From: Heterodontus francisci
Taxonomy: Eukaryota
Assembly (NCBI RefSeq): GCF_036365525.1
Contig: NC_090375.1
Coordinates: 185,823,233-185,887,232 of the forward strand
Direction: 5' to 3'
DNA length: 64,000 nt
Positions within the stretch are counted from its first letter, which is position 1; every line of letters starts with the position of its first letter. The translations under genes were made by a program, and so were the position numbers. Of this stretch, positions 1-12,749 are shown in pieces. The notes under the pieces were generated by a model, which was given only the letters and a program-made list of their open reading frames with translations, was not told where the DNA came from and made no database searches.

Positions 1-191
1 CTTGGCTGGCATCCCTGTTAGTCAAATTTGCTGCTCATTCCTTCCACCCCACGCATCACCAGTAGGTGCCTCCATGGGCACGACTGATGCCTGCAGTTTA
101 AAGGTACCATCTTAACAAGGCCAGTGGACCAGTTTGCCATAGCCCTGCACCCAGATTGTGTCCTGATTCAGGTACAATCCGATTTCTAGGC
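1..191. mobile_element. Right end of a MITE-like non-autonomous DNA transposon (truncated by window start)
   Basis: GC-rich stretch ending gatttctaggcc, resembling termini of other MITEs in the window. Confidence 0.35.
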
Positions 192-589
192 CTGTATGTT
201 TGAGCGAGAGTATCATGGTACTCGGTGAGAAAGGAATAAATAGTACTGATCATGCTGAACAACATATCTTTTTCATAAGTGCAGAGATTGCAGTACCAAC
301 TTGCACTGAGCTATGAGATACTGTCATTATCCTCACAAGCACTGATAGTGCTGTCCCTGTACTGCAAAATTTCTGCTGGTATCCCACTGACATGTAGCAA
401 ACTGAGACAGTTTCCCTGCAACACTGGCAGGTATGTATGCCAGGGTGTTCAGAACATTCTGGGTCCTGATGATCTTCTGAGTATGCGTTTGTTTTTGAAT
501 CCTTTCACAGTGAAATATTGTACTTGAAGAACTTTTAAAACAAACATATTTTAAGGAAGGGAAAAATATTGCGAACTTCATTAAAAAAT

Positions 590-1740
590 TATAGGAACTC
601 TGGAAGACAGGAAAAGGAGGAGGTCATTTAGCCCCTCGAGCCTGGTCTGCCATATGAGATCATGGCTGATCTGTGACCTAGCTCCATATACCTGACTTTG
701 TCCCATATCCCTTAATACCTATCAATTTCAGTTTTAAAATTAACAACTGACTTAGCATCAATTGCCATTTGCAGAAGAGAGCTCCAAACCTCTACCACCC
801 TTTGCGTGTAGAACTGTTTCTTAAGTTCACTCCTGATAGGTCTGGCTCCAATTTTTAGTCTATACTCCCTAATCCTAGACTCCCAACCAGCAGAACTAGT
901 TTCTCTCCATCGACACTGTCTGTTCCCTTTGATATTTTGAAAATTTCAATCAAATTAGCTTTTAAACTTTGAAATTTCAGGGAATACAACCCTAGATGTG
1001 TAATCTCTCCATGTAATTTAACACTTGGAGTCCAAGTAAATCTACACTGCACTTCCTCTAAGGCCAACCTATCCTTCCTCAGGTGTGGTGTCCAGAATTG
1101 CTCTCAGTACTGCAGGTGTGGTCTAACTAGGACTTTGTACAGCTGAAGCATGACCTCTACTCCCTTGTATTCTAATCCTCTAGATATAAAGGCCAATATT
1201 CCATTAGCCTTTTTGATTATTTTCCATACCTGTTCATGACAGCTTAATGATCTATGTACTTGGACCCCTAAGTCTCTTTGGACCTCTATAGGGTCTAGCT
1301 TTTCACCATTTGGAAAGTACCCTGTTTTATCCTTTTTAAGTCCACTTTGGATGGCCTCACATTTGCCTACATTGAAATCCATTTGCATCAGTTTTGCCCA
1401 TTCACTTAATCTATTAATATTTCTTTCTAATTTTATGCTTCCATCGACACCACTTACAAGGCCACCCATTTTTGTGTAATTTTCACATTTGGATATGTGG
1501 CTTTCTAACCTATCGTCTTAGTTCTTAATAAATACCAAGAATAGTTGAGGCCCCAATACAGATCTGTGCAGGAACCTCTAGACACAACCAGCCAATTAGA
1601 GCAGCTATCCATTATTCGCCGCTGTCTGTGTCCTTCTGATCAGCCAATTTCCTATACAGGTCAATAATTTGCCTTCAATTCCATGAGCTACAACTTTAGC
1701 TAATAGTGTCTTATCAAATGCCTTCTGGAAGTCCATATCA
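590..1740 (-). mobile_element. CR1 LINE, 5'-truncated and degenerate (RT C-terminus plus 3' UTR)
   Basis: ORF 1104-1469 (INRLSEWAK..QMDFNVGKCE..QRDLGV..YKVLVRPHLQY); CR1 3' tail at about 590-680. Confidence 0.9.
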
Positions 1741-2064
1741 ATTATCAACTATGAATAAAATTTCATGAATATGAAAAGAACGTCCAATAAGAAAAATACT
1801 GCACCATAAAGGTAGTGGGAATAGCACAATAAAACTCTACCAAAGGCTATTTAGGAGTCCCTGCACTCAAGTAGCTTCCCTTGATTCCATTCCAAATGGT
1901 CACTCAAACCCAGCACAAATGTGGTTGAATTGGGTTGTACATGCACTTAAATATATTTACCCTAAGTCTGAGATCTTAACGGAAAAGCAAATCGGCACAA
2001 GCAAAGGAGCAGAAAAGTGCAGGCCTGAAAAGAATTGTCACTGTGCCTGCTCTTCTTACTCAAT

Positions 2065-2764
2065 GGCTGGGATTTTGTCCTGGCGACAGGGGTCTCGACA
2101 ACCGGCAAAAGCTCCGGCAAGAGCTCCACGATGCCTCATCTGGGTAAGGCCCACCAAATCATCTGCCAATTAGGCACTTAAGGGAACAGTGGTGGGCCTT
2201 CCCCAGGATCAAGAACCCTAGCGACGGAAGTCCCACCTACTGATAGCTGTTGGACAATCAGAGGCCGGCGGCTCTTTAACTGACGGAGGCAGTGGCTGCT
2301 GCCGGTACTGGAGGCACTGGACCAAGGCCACAGCTTAGTCACAGAGGGAGGGGTTTCGCGGGGTGGGGGTAGTGGGGTAGGAGGGTGTAGGAGGGTCGGC
2401 AGCAAGGGCAGGGCGGGGTTGGCTTTCAGCGGGCTCCCCCTTTCCGATGCTGGGTCCCTCGATCAGGCACTGTGCCTTTTAACGAGGGACCTCCCCCTTC
2501 CGCATGGGTTTGTTTGGCTTGTTCCCCATGCAGTGACAGGCCCACCTGCCACTGGGCTAATTGTGGCGGCAGTGGGATGAGGCCCTTAATTGGGCATTAA
2601 TTGCCCACTTAAGGGCCTCAACTGGCAATGGGGCAGGAAGGCCACTCAAAGGCCTTCCCATCCCAGACTTAATTTGGAACCCCCACACCCCCCATCACCA
2701 TCCTGCCCAATTATGCTCTCTCTGCCTCCAAACCCAATGCGGGGGAGAACATAACATTTCCCCC
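2065..2764. mobile_element. GC-rich MITE, Harbinger-like
   Basis: Starts ggctgggattttg, ends catttccccc, flanked by a 3-bp duplication AAT/AAT; internal cttaattgg palindromes. Confidence 0.6.
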
Positions 2765-3944
2765 AATGACTCCTTTGTGCCAGTTGTGCCAATTATTCCC
2801 CAGCATCCATGTACTACTGAGTTGGTCCTAGCATGTGTACACAGGAAAACCAGTGAAACTGTTAACATTTGGTTACAGTTAAATAGGAGAAAACACCTTG
2901 TTGCACTCATCTGCTCTTGATTCCTAACTCCTTTTTACAAACTTTCTAAATTACCTTCTTCTCTGTTCTCCCTCACCTTTATGTTCTTAATAATCGCCCT
3001 AATTTCATAACAGCTCCTTGCCACTGGTAAACACTGTAATGCGAAAACGAGATAATTGCCCTGTTCCAGAAATTGCCTACTTGCTCTTAGTTTTCACATT
3101 GAAGTTAACAGAGAAAAAAAAAACTGGAGATGGTACAAACATGTTTGTCGACAGAAGAATTTTATTTCCTTTTTCTTTCTCAAACACATCTGTTTTATGG
3201 TATTCACTAATCAAAGTGGTGTAACACAGCACTGGTTTAATCCCTACACACCCTCCTAAAAGGTTCTGAAAGGTTACAAGGTCTGTCTTTTAAAAAGAAA
3301 CCATCTGCTCTGTGCTCCTTCCTTCTCAGCACAGTGAGCAATTGCTGTTTTTGTTACTTCCTCCCCACTACCACCTGTATCATTGGACAGCAGCAGGGGG
3401 CAATCATGGAATGTGGCATTATATCTGAGAACTTTTCTTATTACCTGGGCCATTTACTAATTTATGTGCACTTTTTGAATTCAGAATGTGCATTCCTTCA
3501 ATTAATGGAACTGGTAGTGGGTTCGACAAGTTGGGGTAGAATTTCTGCTTTGGGTGCAACTGACAATCCAAATGCAAATTGCACCCAAAATTGCACTAGT
3601 TTTCTGCATTGACTTTTTTGCTTAAGTTTATGCTCAAACTCACTTGCATTTTGACAAGTGTAAGATCTTCTGTAAAGCATCACAATCGCGAAGCCTTTTA
3701 CAATGTAATTTGTTTTCATTAAAAATATTCCTTCATGTATTTAAGAGTGGTAAATCAGTTTATCACAAAAAAAACATTGATTTGTCACCTGATTTTCAAA
3801 AACTGAAAATACTTCTGAAAGAAAACTATAAAGAATGATTTACTAGTTTCGTTGGTGAACAGTAGTCAGGTTCTGAGTAAATTTAAAATGTTTTAATATT
3901 TCAAAGCATTTAAAAGGTACTTGCTAGTACCTTGTGCCTAAAAA

Positions 3945-4385
3945 AGGTCTTGCATTGCGACAGTGCCCTTCACGACCACCAGACATCTAAAGCACTTTAT
4001 AGCCAATTAAGTATTTTTGAAACCTCATCACTGTTGTAACACAGCAGCCAATTTGCACACAGCAAGCTCCCACAAACAGCAAAGTGATAATGACCAAGTA
4101 TTCTGTTTTTGTGATATTGATTGAGGGATAAATATTGGCCAGCACACGAGGATAACTCCCCTGCTCTTCTGCAGAATAGTGTCATGGAATCTTTTACATT
4201 CACCTGAGAGGGCAGACATGGTTTCAGTTTAATGTCTCATCCGAAAGACAGCACCTCCAACAATGCAGCACACCCTCAGTACTGCACTAGACTGTCAGCT
4301 TAGATTTTATGCTCAAGTACTGGAGGGGGGCTTGAACCTGGAACCTTCAGAGTCAGAGGTGAAAGTGCTGCCAACTGATGCACAG
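3945..4385 (-). mobile_element. DeuSINE (SacSINE1/AmnSINE1-like), near full length
   Basis: tRNA-like head, Deu-type core (reverse complement of ggccaatatttatccctcaa, gtttgtgggagcttgctgtg) and L2-like tail; homologous copies elsewhere in the window. Confidence 0.8.
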
Positions 4386-5259
4386 CTGACGTCAAAAGAA
4401 AGCTTCCCAAAAAAAAAGCCATATTTTAAGAACCTCCTCGAAGGCCTGCAAACAGGTACAATTAGCAGAAACTTGCCACAGTCATCAATTCAATTTGAGG
4501 GCACGGCCAGTTTTTTTGGGGGGGGGGGGGGGAAGGGGGTTTCAAGTGGTTTTTAAACATGCACAGGAAACTTGATTTGAAATTCCTTGATCTTTTGCAA
4601 TGGTTTGGCTGATTTTGGGTGACTTGCACCCCAGGGGAAACTCTAACCCATTGTGTTTAATTCAGTCGAGGTCAGAAAGGAAAGTATCTTTAAAACACCA
4701 TGGGAATCAATGCCCTGTCTTTCCCAATCATTAGGGAACTGGGTGGTTCAGACTGGATGGAATTGCCACCTGGTATTAAACTGTGGGAACGAATGCACAG
4801 GAGAAAAAACGTTCAAAGTTTTAAAAATTTTAATATTACTTTCCAGTTCCACTTACAGACTTGCCCCTAAAAAATATAGAAGTACTTGTCAATATGGAAA
4901 CAAACAACTGCAGAACAGGCAAAACCAAACAGCATAATGTTACACAACACATGGGTCTGTGCATAGCCAATTACTTGAACTGAAAATGTGTACACATATA
5001 TATTTTATGTGCAATCTGATTGGACAGAATTTGCTGGAGGAATGCAGATATACATTCAGGATGCTTGGCGTGACTATGCTTGCGCTGGAAGTGGGCCCCG
5101 CGATTAATGCAACTTGTTTGGTCTTGATTACTGGGGATTAGTTAGGTCTGGGGCCAGACAAGAAGCTCCACATAATAGTGGTCATGCTGGTTTGACTTTG
5201 CTGTTACTTTCTTAAAGGGATAGTTAAATAAGGTTATTTCATCACCACTGAAGAAGTCC

Positions 5260-5655
5260 TGCCACTGGGTGTCAAAGTGGAAGCCGACGCCAGTGGGTGG
5301 CAGTACCTGGGGGCAGCATTCTGCCAGGGAGCCCCTCTGTGGGCCATGGAGCGGCCATTAAGGAGGGCGCCTCCCCCTTCCAGGAACCTCAAAGGAGGTC
5401 AGCAGGGTTTACCTGGTTTTCTCCCCAAGCAGTGGCCCCTCCCAATGCTGGTATAATGTGGGCAGGAGCACGAGGCAGCCCTTAATTGGGCATTTAATCG
5501 CCTCAACAGGCAGCCGCGCCGCTGAGGTTCCTGCCGCTGGTAATATGCCGTGGTGGTGGGAAGACGTCAGCATCCCCTCCTGGCACCTTCAGTTGCCATA
5601 TTACCAGCCCTCCCACCTCCCAGCGTGCCTCTAAAAGGCTGGTAAAATCCAGCCC
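5260..5655. mobile_element. MITE fragment with a Harbinger-type terminus
   Basis: Ends ggtaaaatccagccc; cttaattgggc motif shared with 2065-2764. Confidence 0.55.
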
Positions 5656-5959
5656 CTCATTTGGAATTTTCTGAATAAATTTGACTTGTTTTAAGTAGCA
5701 ACCTTGAAAAATGCTTTGGATATTGGAATACAGAGTGCACAGATGCAGAATGAATTAATACCAACAGAGGACATCTAACAGGGAGCTGTGAATAATGTGA
5801 ATTCAATATGTCCGCTTCACTCCTGGATCATTCCCAGAACCCGACTGCCAAACAAAGCAAAATACCATGATTAGGGTGGGCAGACACAGAAGATAGAGTA
5901 CCTGGGTAGACCATTGATAGGATTCATTACAAACTATCCAAAATGGATCTTGAGGTAAG

Positions 5960-6082
5960 AACATAAGGTCATATGAAATTGCAGCAGGTGTAGGCCATTT
6001 GGCCCTTCAAACCTGCTCCACCATTCAACAAGATCATGGCTGGTCTTCTACATCAACTCCACCTTCCCACGCTATCCCCATA
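5960..6082 (-). mobile_element. CR1 3' tail fragment
   Basis: ggccatttggcccttcaaacctgctccaccattcaacaagatcatggct. Confidence 0.75.
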
Positions 6083-6169
6083 AATACCTTCAAATATTCC
6101 TTCAAAGGGCAATAATTAATTCCTGAGAGAATTCCACTCTTCACGAGTTCCAGTCAGACTAGATTAGAA

Positions 6170-6515
6170 GTGGCGAGCAACGATTATAAAGAGACTGCCA
6201 TCATTCAGATTTCAGGCTGTAAAGTGGATATTAGCAACATCAGTCAGTCTGCAAAGCACACTTGCATTAAGCAGGTGACTGATGCCATGTTTGCAGGAGT
6301 GGACGGGTTCATTGCATTCCCCTTGAGACAAACCGAAATGGGAGGACAGAGCACCGGTGCAGGCTTCCCCAAGTTCAGGGCATCGTTGACTGCCTGTACA
6401 TGGCCATGAGGGCTCCTGTAAATGAGCTCACTACCTTCATGAACTGCAAGGTTTTCCAGTCCATTCACGTACAGCTGGTGAGCGTTCACCAACAGTGCAT
6501 GGTCTGTGCCATCTG
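6170..6515 (+). pseudogene. Degenerate Harbinger (HARBI1-like) transposase fragment
   Basis: Frameshifted peptides ISQSAKHTCIKQVTDAMFA and GFPKVQGIVDCLYMAMRAP..FMNCKVFQSIHVQLV match Harbinger motifs (QVTDALF, GFPxVxGxIDC, NRKGFxSxNVQLV) also seen at 57.2-57.7 kb. Confidence 0.75.
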
Positions 6516-7799
6516 AGGTACAAAAGATCCCAATGTAATTTTGAATAAAAACATAAGGTGCCTGGGCTGTGCAAAGCAACCAAAGCTACAGTCCTTAAAG
6601 GGATTGTTGGAGGCTGCTCTGAAAGTACTGCAGGTGAAGTGTTTTTAAGGATCATTATGAGGTGATGAGGAGCATGACTGCATCTCCTATTCTCCTCAAA
6701 TATCTTCCTGCCTACTGCCAGATGTTTCATCAACAATGACAAACCCTCCCAACCTCTACCTTTCTCACCAACCCCACCTCCCAAATTCCTGGCCTTCTTG
6801 AAATTACAACTGCCGGTTTGGTTCAAGGGAGATGCCACCTGTTCACCCATCACCAACATTCCCCCAAACCCACACCTCCCTTCCACGCAACATCTCCCTG
6901 AAATCTTTCAGGTCTTGTTTAGACCTGACAGTTCATCAGTTTTATTTTAATGAGGCCCAAAAAGTTAGGGATTGTTCAGATCTGGACTCCTTCCTACTTT
7001 TGACACACCAGAAGCACACCTTTATAATTGCCTGGTTACAGTGAACTCCTAATAATAACTTGGATGATGAATTACGAATTCAAATAGAAACTGAGTGATA
7101 ACGAGGTCCTCTATCCATAACACTACCCTTACTTTCCATCACAACAACCACAGGAGGTCATAATAGACTGCTTTCTGATTCAAGAATAGGATTTAAAGTG
7201 TATTTTTTTTTCAGCAAGAACGTTTATGTCTATAAAACAACTTGTTTGTGCGATAATAACAAAGAATGTCTTCTTTACTCAGAACAAGAAGGTGCTTCAC
7301 AACAGCAAGACCTCCAGGTGATGTGTAAAGCATCAGAACATTGAATATGAATTGTGGGTCAATCAAAAACCTTGATGCTGTGCCACATCTACATCAGACT
7401 GGAATGAGTGTCAGCTATTCTGATAAAGTTTTACCCAACTATTGATTTCAAATATAAAAGAACAGGACACATATTGTGCAGCTTATGTTTGATTGTGGCA
7501 AGGCTTAAGACTATTAACAGAATCAGAAAAAGATGCAAATTACTGGAAAATAGTCAAATATTGACAGGTCAATCAGCAACCCAGGATTGCTTTGGTTACC
7601 AGCTTCCCCTTCCAAACAAATTTATAATTCACAAGTAAACAACACTTTACCTCCATCTCTGTTCTTCCAAAAATCGAATACTGTGAAATGCCATGTCCTG
7701 TAGTTTTCTTTCCCTTTATCCCATGCATCTTTTTCTGCTACTAGTACTAAAATATTCTGATTGTACCAGCTCAGTGGATTGTTTTTAGATGCTAAATCA

Positions 7800-8225
7800 G
7801 CGAACTGGAGGTGTCTCAATGGGTAAATGCTTCTGAGTCAAAAGATTGTGGTCTCAAGTCCTAATCCAGAGACTTGGGCACACCACTGCAGTACTGAGGG
7901 AATACTGCACTATTGGAGGTGCCGTCTTTCAGATGAGACGTTAAACCAAGACCCCGTCTCCTCTATCAGGTAGACGTAAAAGATCCCATGGCAGGTGAAT
8001 TATTCCCAGTGTCCTGGCCATTATATATCTCTCAATCAACATAACAAAAACAGATTTATCTGCTTATTTTCACAGTGTTGTTTGCGGGAGCTTGCTGTGC
8101 ACAAATTGGCTGCCGCATTTCCTACATTATAACAATGACTACACTTTCAAAAGCACTTCCTTGGCTGCTAAGCACTTTGGGATACCCTGCGGTTGTGAAA
8201 GGCTCAAACAAAAAGCAAGTCTTTC
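7800..8225 (+). mobile_element. DeuSINE (SacSINE1-like)
   Basis: Same head, core and tail as 3945-4385, opposite orientation. Confidence 0.8.
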
Positions 8226-8234
8226 TTCTGTTTT

Positions 8235-8560
8235 ATGGTGTGGCATTCAGCTATACCAAGCAGAAAGGTCACAGGATCAGTTCCTGGTCTCTGCTGGGTA
8301 AACCAAGTCAGGCAAGACAACAGGGGTACAGCACTGTTGGCTTCAGTGTTCCCAGAGAGGGGGAGGAAAAAAACAGCCATTGTTTCTGCTCCTGATCACT
8401 GTAGTGGTTGGTGTAAGTGAACATGTGTGGATCTCAGGCAAGGGTCAAGCTTGGTTCTGAATTTCTCCAAAGTTAACTAGGCCATTGGCGCTCACTCTCC
8501 AAGCTTACACATGAAGAATGGGAGAGATACGAGAAGAAGTGTACCCCAGCAAAGGTACCA
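8235..8560 (+). mobile_element. Ancient tRNA-derived SINE-like repeat (possibly AmnSINE2-related)
   Basis: tRNA-like head followed by gggaggaaaaaaacagcc..ttctgctcctgatcact..cacatgaagaatgg; family assignment from memory. Confidence 0.4.
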
Positions 8561-10683
8561 CAATTGGAAAATGAGAGCAAGTGCACTAAGTTAGGAAAAG
8601 AGAGAAAAAAAAACATATCCTAAAGAGAAAAACTCTTGAATGTTTCTATAAATGTGAATCATGATTCAAACCACTCACTCAAAAGGCTGAGGGGGTGGGG
8701 GGTATGGGTCTGTTCACAAATGTTTCCCCACTTAACACTCATACTGGCATTTCCCCTAAGTTCAACAAATGCACTCCAAACTGCAAAGCATAAATCGGAC
8801 AAAGTGCCACTGAACAGCGCAAGCTTCAGATTGTTTTGTCCAATGTACAATTACCGCTCTATCTTATCTGTGTCAACAAGTTATTTCTCATGTAACAGAA
8901 GTGTACTTCATCACCTTATTATTAGTGCATAAAACTCAGTGCTCAATAGACCAAAGGAAAATCTTCCAATGAGCATCTGTCAATTCTGATCTGAAAGCTA
9001 GTTTCTTTTTCCTTTTGCAGTCTTCATTTTATATATTCTTTAAAAACACCAAACTGCAATAAAATAATTTTCTAGTATTCCACTGAGAAGACTGACAGTG
9101 TATTTTGTTTAGTCAAAGCTTTATCAATAAAACAAGTACATATTTTGGGGGGGAAATTGTGTTAAATATGTTTTTAAAAAAGCCTCTTCTCATAACTGCA
9201 AAAATGTTGGATGTTGCTCAGTTATAATAAAACTAAAATGTCAAGATTGCTTCCGAAAATGGGTTGAAGTTGCTGTTTTATTCCCTGAAGTGTCACTCTG
9301 CATATCGTATCCTATTTTGTATCCAGGATAAGCTTGCATGCATCTTCAGATTTCGTGGGCAATTTTCATTTAAAGAATTAGAGCCTGGCTGCCAAGGCTA
9401 TCTGGGACAAAAATCCATAAATAATTAGCATTAATCAATTGTGTGATTATTTGCCACATTATGGGAAATGTCATTCAAAAGCTGTGCACCTGCTAATCTG
9501 CGGACATTAACTATGTTGAGTTAAAACTACTCTTTGTTGCAGCTGAAATTTTTCTAACTGTTTGTGGCACTTTGCCTTGATACTCAATGCCACGAGATCC
9601 CGTTATAACATATCTAGGAGAAAGATTTCCCCTATGTGTGTGAAACCATGAACTACTTTATGAAGGATGGATTTGTAATTTAATTACTCATGTTGTGCAC
9701 AGGGGAAATCTAGCCTCAACCTCACCAACCCCCACCCCCCCCCCACCCCCACCACAAGATTATGAATCTCCCATTTAACTAATATTAGTCCTAAGTAAAG
9801 CCTAAGTAGCTGGATACAACACAACTCTGACGGGAACTACAGTATAAGATCACATGAGGGTATCATAAGCAGGTTATCAAGTCGATATGCATTATTACAT
9901 TTTAATTTCCTGAACCAGGATTTTCATTTCATTCCAGGAAATGAAAAGAAATGTTTACATGGACAAAAGCGTACTATTGGTGCAACTGTGTTTCAGCATT
10001 TTATTTAGATATTATTGAAGCATTCTGTTTGGGCTCGACAAATGTGTAATTTTAGACGTAACTAACTTTCAGTTAAGTGTCTATATCTTTTAATAGCAAT
10101 GATGCAATTAACTGCTAGCGATGTCAAGTGGATGGTTTCAGGTATCATGTTCTTTGTGGACACTTGCCTCTTTAGACATCATAAGCTGGCCTAGAAGTCA
10201 TTGACAGTGAGCCTTATATGGCCTTGTTTTGGCCTCCACTGTGGCTGTATTACCTAAAAGGAGACAGTTGGCTCCATCGCAACATGCAACCTGTCAATGC
10301 TAATCAGAGATTATTAGTAACTTAATAGAAACAAAAAAAGTCGCTACATTTTTTTTAATACCAGAAGTTATTCTGCTCAAGTGTATGATTTAATTGCAGC
10401 ATATTATAGTATAAGTAATATTTCAAAATTCACTTGCTTCCTGTATATTATTTTTATAAACATTATCATTTTACATCATTTTAGACAGAATTTCAAGCAT
10501 TTAAATTGTATTCATTTGTTGCTGTACTGTAACCTCTGGTCAATCATAGTATTTGCCAATACAAAGACTGTTCCTTGGGTCAATTTGAACAAATTTGTTT
10601 AATTCTTAACAGATTTTCTATTATTGTATTTTTAAGCAAAGTTAGGGCATTTTGTGACTTTAAATTATTTAATCACCATGCAG

Positions 10684-11525
10684 TTTTTTCTTTATTCATT
10701 CATGGGATGTGGGCGACACTGGCCAGGACAGCATTTATTGCCCATCCCTAATTGCCCTTGAGAAGGTGGTGGTGAGCTGCCTTCTTGAACCGCTGCAGTC
10801 CATTTGGGATAGGTATACCCACAGTGCTGTTAGGAAGGGAGTTCCAGGATTTTGACCCAGTGACAGTGAAGGAACGGTGATATAGTTCCAAGTCAGGATG
10901 GTGTGTGACTTGCAGGGTAACTTGCAGGTGGTGGTGTTCCCATGTATTTGCTGCCCTTGTCCTTCTAGTTGGTAGAGGTCATAGGTTTGGAAGGTGCTGT
11001 CTAAGGAGCCTTGGTGCATTGCTGCAGTGCATCTTGTAGATGGTACACACTGCTGCCACTGTGTGTCGGTGGTGGAGGGAGTGAATGTTTGTAGGTGGGG
11101 TGCCAATCAAGCGGGCTGCTTTCTCCTGGATGGTGTCGAGCTTCTTGAGTGTTGTTGGAGCTGCACCCATCCAGGCAAGTGGAGAGTATTCCATCACACT
11201 CCTGACTTGTGCCTTGTAGATGGTGGATAGGCTTTGGGGAGTCAGGAGGTGAGTTACTCGCCTCAGGATTCCTAGCCTCTGACCTGCTCTTGTAGCCACG
11301 GTATTTATATGGCTACTCCAGTTCAGTTTATGGTCAATGGTAACCCCTAGGATGTTGATAGTGGGGGATTCAGCGATGGTAATGCTGTTGAATGTCAAGG
11401 GGAGATGCTTAGATTGTCTCTTGTTGGAGGTGTTCATTGCCTGGCACTTGTGTGGCGCAAATGTTACTTGCCACTTCTCAGCCCAAGCCTAGATATTGTC
11501 CAGGTCTTGCTACATTTCTACATGG
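10684..11525 (-). mobile_element. CR1-superfamily LINE, family B, 5'-truncated
   Basis: ORF 10979-11437 (INILGVTID..MEYSPLAWMGAAPTTLKKLDTIQ..HSLHHRHTVAA); tail tttattcattcatgggatgtggg; closely similar to 15143-16672. Confidence 0.88.
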
Positions 11526-11977
11526 TTTAATGTGCAGTTTATTGCAATGCTACAATTGCTCTATGCCATTCATCATAGATAATTCTGGCTCAGTTGAGTA
11601 GTTAATATCTTCCTGGTTTTCTCAAGTAACTTGTTCCCTTCAGGTCACATTTAATCTACATTCAGATTCACATAAATTAATTATCTAATCCAAGTCAGAA
11701 TTCCAATGTATCAAACCTGTTCTCATTAAAACAGACAGTATAGGATTCCTAATCCAAGTGCAATACTAATTAATGCCTTTGTTACAATTATCTGTGTGAC
11801 CAAATGCTAAATCACTGGCACTGGCCAAATTGTGCCACCACAAAGATTGGTGCTCCAGTGCCAATGCGTGCAGGTGGCATGTGCTTAAAGAAAATTCTGA
11901 CTGTCCATTCTTGCTGGCCGATCTCACTCTTATGCCAAGTGGCATCTGCTTACTGACACAACTTTAGTATAGGATCT

Positions 11978-12100
11978 TCTGGTCGGCCTCCCGCCTTGTA
12001 CCCTTTGTGAACTTAAGCTCGTCCAAACATCTGCTATCCGTATCCTAACTCACGCCAAGTTGCATTCACCCATCATCACTGTGCTCACATTGGCTCCTGG
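11978..12100 (+). mobile_element. L2 LINE fragment
   Basis: Homologous to 40405-40530 within the L2 copy. Confidence 0.65.
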
Positions 12101-12749
12101 AAAAATTCAGTCCATTGTGTCTTGGATTTTGTGCTAGGTCACCTAACACTGCTCCTGCATCAAAGGGTCTCAGTGGAACCAGAACAGAAAAATCAGAGTG
12201 AGATCTCTGCTGTTCTATACCACAGCTTTCACACCAAACTTATTCAGCTCTTGGCTGATACTTGACATGAAATTACAAGCAAACAGAGGAACCTTGGTCC
12301 AGATGTAAAATGCCCCCAAAGATCTGATCCTTATAATGAATCCACGGCCAAATTTCACCTGGAGACAAAACATCTGCTCTTCAGTAAGGTCACCTTATAT
12401 TAAAAAAATCTCATAATAATATTGCAAATAAACAGAACACAATCCACTCCCACATTTTAGGATAAAACTCCAGGAATGCAGCTGATTTACCAGTTTGGTT
12501 TAGTCTTAGGCTTAACATGAAACTAACTTAGCCATTTGAACACTAGCCTCCCTCTAAATGTACCATTGCAGGGGTTCTGGGGACAGAGGGATAAGATTGT
12601 AAAAGTGAAGAATGAAGAATGTTAATCCATCTCTTTCTTGATCTTACATTCTCCCCACTCACCATATCAAAGTAGTACTTTAGTTTCCTTAGGAAACAAA
12701 AAACAGTTGGGATTCCATAAATTGTTCCATGCAAGACCAAAATAACTCA

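Noticed and set aside
279-527. Plus-strand ORF with an ag..gcag|gtatgt exon-like segment
   Set aside because: No recognisable protein similarity, antisense to the host gene, and no compatible partner exons
6244-6579. 111-aa minus-strand ORF
   Set aside because: It is the antisense shadow of the Harbinger transposase fragment on the plus strand
7650-7819. Minus-strand ORF ending at a GAG|gtaaag donor
   Set aside because: No clear acceptor or homology; runs into a SINE head
12215-12358. Minus-strand acceptor ttttgtctccag|GTG as a candidate next OFCC1 exon (VKFGRGFII...)
   Set aside because: The peptide is not recognisable and there is no supporting evidence; probably a chance acceptor
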